DNA of 64,000 nucleotides from assembly GCA_027604505.1 (NCBI GenBank), contig JADIIX010000098.1:1-64000 (forward strand), in the 5' to 3' direction. The translations under genes and the position numbers were made by a program. Below the pieces are notes generated by a model. The model saw only the letters and a program-made list of their open reading frames with translations, was not told where the DNA came from and did not search any database. The stretch is from Gonapodya sp. JEL0774. Lineage: Eukaryota. Every line of letters starts with the position of its first letter. The first letter of the stretch is position 1. Of this stretch, positions 25,786-37,200 are shown one piece after another.

Positions 25786-28383
25786 TCACCAACGTGAGGG
25801 CCGACTATACGGGGGTACCCTTTGTCCATTCCCCGCACCATCAGAATACATTTGTCCTGGGCCGGGATAGTATGGCTGTCTCGGCGGAGCAGTAGGCTGC
25901 CTGTCGTACAGAGAACCTTGATGAAAGCCATTGAGCTGCCCGGATGGCTGTGGTCGGAATGCTTGTCGGTGACTCGGCACCTGCTGTGGTGGGAATCGCT
26001 GTGGCTGCTGGTGCTGAGGGGGCTGAGCCGGTGGAGCGACTGATGGCAGAACCGCACGCTTTGGTGCCGTCGAAACCGGGACAACTGATGTAGCAACGGC
26101 CTTGTTGCGCCCGACAATGTTTAACTCCTTCTTGATCTCTCGGATTTCAACCTGAAGATTTTTTCCTTTTTAAGTTCAAAAGTATCCGTGAGCACTCACA
26201 CACAAAGACGACGAATCTCAATCGCGGGACCCACCATCCGCTGTCATCCCATTGTATGTATTTACCGCTTCTTCGGCTGCCGACCTTTCCAGAAACCGTA
26301 TTTCACACCTTCCCACAGAGCTATCCTTCGGATCTGGATAAACAAAGCAATCCAATAGGGTACCCAAGGCTCCAAATGTTGCCTGACGGAATTGCCGACA
26401 TAAAATTGGTCCATAAGCCAATAACCACGCAAAACACGGTGACAAACTGTCGATGCTCAGCCACTCACCCGTATGTCTTCTTCCGTCGCTTCTGGGTGGA
26501 GATTTGAAATCGTCACCGTTGTGCCCACATCGTCGTTGACGGGAGGAGGTAAAATGGAGGAAACTGATAGAGGAGTTTGCTGTGGTTCCAGGCTTTGGTT
26601 TTGTTCGTGGTTGATATTACGGGATGCGGTTGACGTGGCGGCATTTTCCTTCTTCAGTAGCCCAACAGATATGGTAGTGTCGGGCCGTATTTTCGAGACT
26701 TTCGGAGCTCCTGCCACCGATATTCTGGATAAAATGACAGACTTCGCGGCTGCGCCATCGTCAACGTCCATAACATCGTCGTCCTCCACAAACTCTACAT
26801 CAGATGACGCTGGAGGGATCATTGAAACTTGCTGGCGACCCGTCTCCTGATCCATTCTCAACCGATTCTGAGCCGATACGCCGCCACGTCCTTTGATGGT
26901 AATTCTGGAATTAGAATCTGTTCCGAGTGCCTTGACCGCTTCCACAAAATTTCGTACACTGGGGGTGGGGGGACCGGTGTTGTTTAACGTAACGTTGAGG
27001 CTGCCTGTGCTGGTTGGTTGAGCAATACGACGCGGTGCATCAGAAAACACTAAAGGGGGGGCTTGTTGGACGGGGGTGGAGAAGGATTGCTGCTGTAGAA
27101 TATATGTTCGCACGGATGAAGCATGGCGTGGATGGCGGGTGCACAGATGGCAGCATTTGCAGTTGTGGACGACAGCAGCGGAAAGGTCACAAAGCCGATG
27201 TGAGAGTCGCAGACCCAAGAAGAGGGAGGAAAAGTGGACGCCGGTCAAACACCGCGAAAAATCGCAAAGGCAGGCTCGAGAAGGCCGATCTCCATTTCAT
27301 CTTTGCAACAACACGCTCAGTACGATGTTCACTGGCTGCGTTGTCCAATCACGGCGATTTCAAGAGAGGACAGACCTGTCCCGGGACGGATTCAGCTAGA
27401 GACTGGGCCAACGGCAAATCGGCGAGTCAGGCGGGCCTCCCATCCTCAGTCCTCACATGCTCAGAGTCTTTAATAAAGATCAGTCACAAGAACGTGGAGA
27501 CGGTTGGAATAACCTGCAGGCCGCAATTTCAAGAACCTCGCGAAAGAGCAACAACACAGTTCATTCAATTGAATCCGATGATGAAGAAGCCACCTCGAGC
27601 CTGCCAAAAAATTCTGGGACCCCGTGCGCTTACATTTCCTTTTGTACCAGTTCCGAGACGGTCAAGAATCGACGGTCGATTCACGGGGTCTGTGTTGGAA
27701 CCTTGTCTCTGGGCAAAGCCAGACCCTAGCCGGTCCAGGATGGACAGTCGAGCTCCACTGTCTACTTGATTTTGGCCCACGGCTGAGACTTTGAGTTCCT
27801 CGGCTGCCTTAGTCTGCTGTACCTTTGAGGCACCAGATGTCCAGAAACCCGTTCCAACCTTGGCTTGCTTTCCCCTTCCACCAGCAGCCCTCCCATTACG
27901 CCCGCCACTGAGAACTTTTGTTTCTTCGAGGAGTCTCCTCTCGCTGATTTTTTTGGACAGATTGGCTGTCAGTAGCTCGGTCTGCTTCTTAGATAAGAGC
28001 CCAACGGTCACCATCCCCGCGTTGGCTGCAGCAGTTGCCTCTTTGACTTTGGCATCCTTAGCCTCTTTTGCCTTCACTTTTGCCGGAACTGCGTAGGGTG
28101 CGCTGCGTCCTTTGGAAGTTCTGGCGGTCCTTTCTCCGCCTGTGCCATTGTGACCTCTGCGGTTCCCATTCTGCCGAGTAGAGGACCTGTTCTGCTGCTT
28201 GATGATATCATCGAGAGACTAGCACGAGGAAAAGTTCCCGACAATGAAAGAAAGTGGGTAACAGGCGGCGGACGACGCCAATATCAACAGCGGAACGAAA
28301 GGATAGACAGTTCGCGGTCAATGGCAAATTTTCAAGTTCCGCCTAAGTAAATGCAGACAAACCTTATCAAGAGTTGACGACAT
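25786..28383 (-). CDS. RRM protein with N-terminal UAP56/Sub2-binding-like motif (Yra1/ALYREF/POLDIP3-like mRNA export adaptor)
   Basis: MSSTLDK/SLDDIIKQQNR N-terminus; RRM TVTISNLHPEATEEDIR/ATFG...CEIRFLERSAAEEAVNTYNGMTAD/GKNLQVE; RG-rich linker. Confidence 0.7.
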
Positions 28384-28752
28384 GAGCTTAACGAAAGCGC
28401 AGCAATCAGTGCGTTCTTTGGTTGTTCAGGTGGCTGCGCCACACAAGAGAGGCTTCACCCTCCAGGAGAGGTCGCGAAACCGGCAGTCGCAAGAGAAGTC
28501 CGAAGCTACTTCCGTTGGTCGCTAGCAATCTCTCAGAGCTGAGGAGTTTGTGTTTGGTGGTGGAAGTTTTGTAAACTGGGGTGTTGATAGTGTTTTACCG
28601 TGGATCCACAATATTAATATTGATTAGAACATGACACTGTTCTGTTCTTTTGATGTCACAAAATAGGGAGGTAGCTCCTCTGCAGCACTGGCAATTTTGT
28701 GCAATCGTGGTACATAGCTGTCGAAAGAGAAAACCAATTGCTTGGAGACGCT

Positions 28753-31699
28753 ATGGGTAAGAGAGGAAAAACAAGCCAGCCTCTCGGCAAAGCTCTGATA
28801 AGGTCACGATTTGCGACGGCAACAAGATTCAACACGGAAAAGGATGGGATCGTAAGTGGACAGTCGGGTTCTCTCGTGTGGTTGATGTGACTTGAAGGAA
28901 GTGTGACACCACTGGGTGATCCTTTCTGCTGACTGTTGAACCACTTTATTGTGTCGCCTACTCGGATCTATCTGGCATCGTTATTCTAGCATGTTGCCGA
29001 CCTGGACGACGGCCCCGCATGGAGTCGTCCACAACAAGGTTCTGTTACACAAGAATCCGACCTTGAGGCATTTTTAACTTCTGCCGTACTTGCTGAAACA
29101 TCTTTCGCCGCGGAAAGGCTCAATGTGTCTGTTGTTGTCCAAGAGTCCCACAACAACCCTTTCCTCTTGACTGCGGATAATGAGAAGGAGCTGTTGAAAC
29201 GACATGATGAGTTCAGGAAAAGCTTGACAATTCCTAGGAGGTTAGCCCATGCTGTGCATAATTGATATGTTGTGGTATTCAGAGACGCCGAGCTCACCTT
29301 CCACATGCTCTCGGAACTGACTAGGCCACCGTGGGAGTCCACGACCTCCGCATCAGACCTCCAACGTGCTGAACGTGAAGCATTCCTGGAGTGGAGACGC
29401 CAACTTGTCGTGTAGGTCCCCAAGGCAGCCTCATATTGGTCGCTTGAGGGGTTAACGAACACCTGGTACAACCAGCTTGGAGGAAACGCACGGTCTCCTC
29501 ATCACTCCTTATGAACGGAACCTCGACTTATGGCGCCAGCTCTGGCGTGTTGTCGAACGTTCTCACCTCATTGTCCAGATTGTCGATGCGCGGAACCCAC
29601 TCCTCTTCCGGAACGAGGATTTGGAAAGATACGTCGAGGAGGCTGGAAGGACCAAAACTGCCGCTAGTGATGGTTATGAAATTGATGAAGTGGATGAGGG
29701 AGTACCGAGAGCACAACGGCCTACGAAACCCTCGTCCACCACCTCAATGCACGCTAAGCGTAATCTCCTCCTCATCAACAAAGCTGACTTTCTCACGGAC
29801 GCACAACGGTGAGTTGAGTAGCTGCTTTCGAAGAGTTTATCACTTGATGTAGTTGTTCGTATTCACAAAAATATTCAGGGATGACTGGGCGTCGTACTTT
29901 GATAACCAAGGTCTACGCTATGCGTTCTTTTCCGCAGCCCTCGCAAAACGGGATCAGGACGAAGCTTCAGCCGTAAATGGTGCGGCGCGTGCTGAGGCGG
30001 GCGATAGTGATGAAGCGGAGAGCAATCGAGAAGAGAGTGAGCGAAGGAACGATATTGACGGACCAGTTAGTGAACTCAGTACGGACCAACACGGGGAAAC
30101 CAAATCTGAAGATGAAATTGGGAGGGAAAGTGGTGGCGGCAAGGGCGAGGGTGACAGTGAGGAGAGTGTAGAGAGCGATGAGCAAGTTTTGGAGAACCAA
30201 ACCAATGAAGACGCCAACATTGTCGAGGACCTGTCGACAGGCACTACTCTTCCCCAACGCACGACGATCTCCGATGATGGTGAAGATGAAGCCTTCCCGA
30301 TCGAACTCTCAGCGACTGGATCGCGAACGTATTACCTCCACCCGCACGTTCTCTCACAAGTCAAAATCGCACCTTTCGCACAATCATCACACCCGTCGGC
30401 ACCTCGCACTCGCATTCTTAACGCGAGCGAACTCCTTGAATTGATTGAATCCGAATGCCGAGCTGCCGTGGCGTCGGCGAATGGGGACGTTGCTGCTGAA
30501 GGAAAGCTGACAGTTGGGATGGTTGGGTACCCCAATGTGGGCAAGTCGTCGACCATCAACTCCTTGCTAGGAGAAAAGCGGGTGGCTGTCAGTTCCACGC
30601 CGGGCAAGACCAAGCATTTTCAAGTGAGCATGAGGCTCAGGGTTGTCACTTCCGTCATTGTTGGCTTGATAATCATTTCAAACCTTATTATCTCACCACT
30701 GAATCAGACCTTCCACCTTAGCCCCACCCTTATTCTCTGTGATTGTCCGGGTCTCGTCTTCCCCTCCTTCGCCACCACAAAAGCCGACATGGTTGCAAAT
30801 GGTGTTCTCCCCGTGGATCAACTTCGCGAGTTCTCTGGCCCCTCTGAGTTGGTTTGTAGACGAGTTCCTCGGAGAGTCTTGGAGTGGACGTACGGAATAC
30901 GGATACGGAAAGTGGACAGCGGTGGGGACATTGGCTTCGCTTCGAGTAACGATGCGGAGGAGTATGTGAAGGCAGAGGAGCTCCTGCAAACTTATGCCAG
31001 TAGGTGTTTTCGGTCTTTGTGTTGAGACTTCTGCAGGAAGGTACTCAGACGTTCTCACACTCGCTGCGCTGTAAAGTTGCTCGTGGTTTTCGGCGCGCTC
31101 AGCAGGGAAACCCCGATGAGTCTCGCGCTGCGAAGTATATTCTCAAGGACTACGTGAATGTAAGCGTGTCTTGAAATTCTCATCACCGTATCGATGAATT
31201 GTAACCCACAGATGCTTTCTTCGTCGCCGATCAGGGCAAAGTGCTATTCTGTGTTCCTCCCCCAGGCCAGGATGCTGTGGCTTTTAACGAAGAGATTTAC
31301 CGTGGCAAGAGTCTCTCTGCTAAGCGAAGGAAAGCCGCCGAGACACTTGAATTGGAGCAGCGTCGGGCGGCCTCTCTTGCTATTGCTGCCGGTAAACGGA
31401 ACAGTTCCGCTGAAGTCAGCGGCTTCGACGAATCTTTCTTTGGATCCGGCCCCCCACCGCCGCGTGCCTTTATGAAGGGGAAGTATTCAGCTGGGGCGGA
31501 ATTTTCGCGACCAGTTTTTGGTCACGAAGCGGTTGGCCGCAGTTTGGGAGGCGGTACCTCTGCTGTGGGAAGTGTGGCGGGAGGGTCGTGGGCAACAACC
31601 AGTGCGGGGAGTGGAAGGGCTCAATGGGATGGTGGGAAGCGTCACTTCAAGGGCAGCAAAGGTGGCAAAGTGCGGACAAGGTGGACGGAAACGAGCTAG
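28753..31699 (+). CDS. LSG1: Large-subunit GTPase 1 (60S export)
   Basis: ITPYERNLDLWRQLWRVVERSHLIVQIVDARNPL, INKADFL, VGMVGYPNVGKSSTIN, STPGKTKHFQ, LCDCPGLVFPSF, PDESRAAKYILKDYVN. Confidence 0.96.
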
Positions 31700-31834
31700 A
31701 CCCAAGTTTTATAATTAGATGCAAATAATCATAGTTTGTTTGTTGGGTCATTCATATCATATTCTCTTCTGAATGCGACGGGCAGTGTCTGTCGTGTCAA
31801 AAAAAATTGCACAAAATCCATTCCATTCAACTTG

Positions 31835-34039
31835 TCACCAAGGCCGGAACGAGCTACCAGTTGTTCTGCTTCTGTGTAAAGATGTCGAGCCCCCAAGCAC
31901 GGTTTCTGTCCCAACAAGTATCCCATACTGTGCTACCCTATCGAAACTCGACGAACCTGCTCCAGACGCTGCCAATGAGCTTCCTGTGCCTGACCACGCC
32001 CCATCTACTTCTATGCCCGGGATCCTCGCTATCGTCGAATCCGAGTCACTGGTTCCCACACTTGCCACACCGTCGTCTGAAGCTGGAGATATTGTTGAGA
32101 AAGATTCAGACGACCGTGTCGAGTCAGAACGCTTCAGATCCGCCGATCCAGTGATTCGACGATGGTGGAGAATAGTAGGGGGCGGCTGGAGGTGTTTTGG
32201 GTCTGGTCGGAGTGGGGTATGGAGGCGGGGCACGTGCGATGAAACTTGTTGCGCAAATTTCAGATTTGATTGTCAGTGTCCACAAACTACACAAGACATG
32301 GAATTCAGGATTACCCACCGGACCTCCTCAGATTGGTGCCACCCAATGTTCGACCTCCTTGCCCGAGGGAACTACCTAGCAGTCGCCCAGACTTCGTGGA
32401 CTTGCTGCCCGGCCCGTCCATCAACTCACTCTCCAAAACCACGTTCAAATCAAGCAAGCCACGTGCAGGAGAGTTTGTGAGTCCAGAAACGTAATTCGAA
32501 GATTGACTCTGAGCAGTGGCACTTCCGCGCATTTCCGTTCCTGCTGATGGTGCGGATGATATTGCAATTTCTTGCATCATGTCCGCAGTAGTGTTGAGCA
32601 CCTCTGCAAACCTTGTTGACTCTGATAACGGCAATACTGGAGCCGCCGGTCTCCATCCCACTGTTGGTGTGCCGGGGTCTTCTGTATCCTCCTCCATACG
32701 TTCACATTCCAGATATGAAATTGGAGTGCCTGGTCGAGAAAATGTCCCGTTTCCAATCTCCTCTTCAGCACCGAGCGCGACGCTGGCTAGCAGGTCTATG
32801 CTGCTTGAAGACGCGGCTGAGAGGCTATGACGGTGGGATCGGAACCAGTGCGCTGAAGCTGGCACACGAGAGGGAGACGGTACAGAGTCAGGTGCGACAG
32901 TGACAGCGGGGAAAGCTCTACCATCCGTAACTGCTCCGTCTCCGCCCGTCCGACGTCTCTCCTTCTCATCTTCCGCACCTGCTGCGGCAACAATATCCTC
33001 AACGGCGGCAGCGGACAGACTCGAACCAGCGGAGCTACGACGCCGTCGATTACTTCCGGATCTGCCCAACGTGCTTGCAGACTTTGGTTCACGAGAAGTC
33101 CGCGCTGAACGTTTTCGTTCGAGATGACTACCCTGCGACAAGGATGTATCCTCCAGGGACACTGGTGATGATGGGGCAATCACGGAGGGTGACGAGTCAA
33201 GATGAGAAACTTGCCCAGACAGGGTGAAGTCATCACCAGTATTCTGACGTGAGGCGAGTCCAGCTGCAGCACGCTGTTTCAGCTTTGCACGGCGGTTTTG
33301 AAACCATATCTGTGACAGGTAATGAATGGCAGTGAAAATGAAGAGCGATAGGTGAGCAGGCATATGACACGACAACAGGCTCTGAGCTGCTGATGAAAGA
33401 ACAATGGCACGTCGAGAAAGGGGAAGTACGGACCTGCACCTCCCTTTGCGAAAGGCCCAGCTTATCCGCGAGTGCTTCCCTGTCAGCTGTTTTCGGCTTG
33501 TCATTTCTCTGGAAAGCGACCGTCAGCTCCCGAGATTGATATTGTGTGAGAGTTTTCCGCTTGGGCTTGGATTGCAGTTCTCCTGTTGCGGTGACGAACA
33601 TTTCCTGTATGAAGGCATATTCTCGACGTAGAGGCTGGTGCTGCTCCTGCACTTTTTGAGAAGATTGGGAAGGCTCCAATGGATAGGAAGGGGATGAAGG
33701 TGATATAGGAACCGAGTGTGGAGTCTGGAGGAATAGGGATTGAGAAGGGATGTTGTGGTGGAAACGATCGCCTCGGGTAAGAGGGGCACTTCCAAGAAGC
33801 TGATGCGCCATAGGAATGAGAACAGTGTGACTTGTTGTAGAAGCCGCGTTTTGGGCCTCTCCTGGTGTCAATTCATGTGGTCCAGAAACTGGGATCAGGG
33901 TCAGAAATGTCGGGGGGGGACAACTTGAGATGTCCATATGAGAAATATCATGCGCTATCCCCGACGACGCGGAGCGCGAATGATTGGACGTCATTCTTCC
34001 CTTCTCCCTTTTTGGAGGGGGAGAGCAGAAACTTCGCAT
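31835..34039 (-). CDS. Homeodomain transcription factor (3 exons; start 34039 or 33994)
   Basis: KPKRKTLTQYQSRELTVAFQRNDKPKTADREALADKLGLSQREVQ/IWFQNRRAKLKQ. Confidence 0.9.
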
Positions 34040-34277
34040 CCTCTTGCTACCTGCCCCACATTTTGTATGGACCCATTTTGAACGTGACGCCAAAATTATT
34101 ATGTATCACAAAATGAATCTATGTGGTATTCCCGATCGTAATTTGCAAGCTCAGAGTAGCTATATTCTAAGACATGTCAGCAATGTCACAAAATTAAATC
34201 ATCCAACCATTTTTCGTGCATCACATCACCAGGTCAGCAGACACTGCAGTTCCCGACAAGGAACCAACACCAAATTT

Positions 34278-37200
34278 TTACTGGTCCTCAATCGACTTCA
34301 TGAATGTTGCGTGCTCCAAAGCTTCCTTCTTTGAGGCCAACTCGTGTTCTGTGTCTTCCCTCCAGTCCCGGTATGCCTGGTCATCAAGAATCTCGAGTTC
34401 GTGGAGCTGACGGAAAACATGGTCAAGGAAGTCTATTGTGTCGGTGAGACGATGTTGATGTTAGTCGAAGACACAAGATATGAGAATCGCATAATTAGGG
34501 GTTGCTGGACGAATGGTGCAAACCCAAACACACTGCATTGAAGACTCACCGGCTGGGAACTTCAGCTCCGCACAATAAGCTTGCACAGCAAAGAGTGCTG
34601 CAACACGCAAATCGCTCCTCCCCTCAGGAAGGAACGCTTGCAACAGGGGTTGCACCCTCTCCACCACCGTCTTTTCCACTAAGTAACGCTCTTTAGTGGC
34701 CGGGACGGGCTCGACAGCGCCATCGGGAAGGATAGAACGTGACGCGAGATGACGGAGGAAGGTCGTCATAAGGGACCGTACAAAGTCTGGGGTGGAAATC
34801 ACATCTGATGGAAAGTCCGAAGAGATCCACTGCACAATTTGAGTGGGGTCCTCATCCGACTTCAACCGCGTGCTTACACCCGATTTTAGTTGTTCCATCA
34901 AAGGATCCCTTGATTTCGAGACATCCACCTTCTTCTCTTCCTCGGTAGAGTTCATAAACTTGAATCCGTTCGAGTCAAGCCAGGTTTGTATGTCAGAGGA
35001 TTTCGTGGATGCAGGCCAGAAGCTCTGCAGAGTAAGCCCCGATTCAGTCCAGTGCCGAGTCACTTCATCGGAGTCAATGGTCTTTAGTGTGACAAACGCC
35101 TCCTTGATAAATTTTGGAGCTGTACCAATGAAGAATCGATGATCACAACTCCTACTACTCATATTCAAATAAAAGATTTCGCATTGAAACGTACCAACCG
35201 GAACCTTGCCTCCCGAGGACAGCAAGGATCTTGAAATTTCTGCGAGGACAGTGGCAGGCACGGCACCGCCGACCACCAGACGTGCAACTACCGTGCCAAA
35301 GGCACTGTAGACGTGAGGGATGTCATAGGACATATCGTCAAGCAAACCCGTGATTTCACGCAGGCTGAAGGAAACACAAGATGTTTAGTTCTGGTGATAC
35401 GTTCGCCACCTGTAAGTTTTAGTGAGAACTGACGCTTCCATGACTCCCTCTTGGTCCAAGAGCCGATCACCATTGTTGACAATATGCGAAATGACGTCCG
35501 CCGCGCGGGTGGAGGCCAAAGTAACACTTTTCGCATCAAACGCTTGCGAAAGGAGATCCACGACTGCTTTAACCTCATACTTATTGAACTTGAATTCCTC
35601 CCATGTTTCAAGTGCCGCCTGGAGGATTGGAGAACTTGCCAGGATCAGAATACAAATGAACGAAAAGAAACCCGAAGTTCACGAAAACAACTCACGGTTC
35701 CATCAACATCGCCGTTGAGAATCTCTTTGCTCACATTGGAAGCACGAGACGCGAGTTGATCTTCAGACAGTTCCTTGGGACCTTCGACAGCTCCAGACTT
35801 CTCTGTTTCCTTAACTTCCTCCTTGCCGTCCTCCCTTTTTAGTTCGGCGACTTCATCAAGGGCACTAAACTTATTGGACACTGGCGTCGGCACGGACGAT
35901 GCTCCTAACGATGCAGTACGGGACATTGGAACGGAGCGCCGAGGCTCGGATTCGTCTCCTCCGTAGTTCCATCCTTTAGCGCCAGCACCAAAGCCCATGC
36001 CCAGGGCACCAGGTCCAGGTCCGAGCCGCACTTCTGCTGGCTTGCGAGATTCGCTTCCGAGCTTTCCGAAGGAGCTGAGGTCGCCTGTCTGCTTGCTCAC
36101 TTGTTGGTTCTTCGAGTAAATCGTGGTGACGCCTCGGTCGTCATTGCTGCCGCGTTGACTATGTTCCCGCCCAAGCGAACCACGTTGACTCGATTCGCGT
36201 GCGACCATGGCACCACGGCCCGAAGGAGAACGACCCTGCGATCGCATATTAGCTTGTTCTTGCTGAGCCGTCACCTATCATTAAAGCACAGCAAACACCA
36301 CCGGAGCTCAGCGGAAACGCTCAAAAGACGGTGAATCAATTACACTCACTTCCGCACGAATTTCGGCAATCGTTTTAGGACCGGCAACCTGTCGTCTTTG
36401 TACCCACTTGTTTTTACGGAGATCGATTAAGTCGAGCAGCCCAAAACGTATCCGTGAGGTGATAGCCTCATTCTTCGAAAGGTGACCGATTTCGCGGAAG
36501 TAAGTCTCCATGTGCTCGTGAGCTTTTGTATGATCCAGCTTCTCTCCAGCAGTTGTGAGGAGCTTGATCAATGTTTCCAGGTCCTCCTCGACAGACGCCT
36601 TGGGACCACCAGACGAAGCAGCTTTTAAAGCGTCTATGACTTCCTTAATGAGTGTCGTGATGCACGCGTGCATAATCTTTTCAGTAAGCAACGACAGCTT
36701 GAATAGCTCTCCAATGAAGACAACGTTGCCAAGAGTCCTCCGTTTTAATTTGACCTTCAGCTCCTCCTCAGCGATGATCGTATCTTTCTCCTCTTGCGTC
36801 ATCTCCGACACATCTTTCTTGATGCGATCCTTCCCAATTGTTGCCCACTTGTTGCCAGCTTCGTATTCCTTCTGGTTTTTGTTGAGAATGAATCGCCGGA
36901 AGGCATTGGACTTGTCTTCCCCGACAATCCATGATTGCTTTTCAGGAAGGTCTCTGTAAAGCTTTTGACATAGTTTGGAATAGAGGCCAGCAAAGTTAGG
37001 CTCATCAATAGCTTTATCGAAGATGCGCTCCACTAAAACTTCCAACTGGTCAGGGCCAGTTAAAGGCATGTTCAGAATTTGCGACGAAACACTATCGAAG
37101 TTTTCAAGAGTAAGCTTGTTCAGGAGACCCTGGATCTTCCTCCCGAGTTCCTCTAGCCGCAGCATCTCTTTGGCTTCTTGATCCAACTCTGCCGCAGTAG

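Noticed and set aside
28852..28989. Hairpin in LSG1 intron 1 as a possible snoRNA
   Set aside because: Boxes are degenerate, spacing is too short and no guide was recognised
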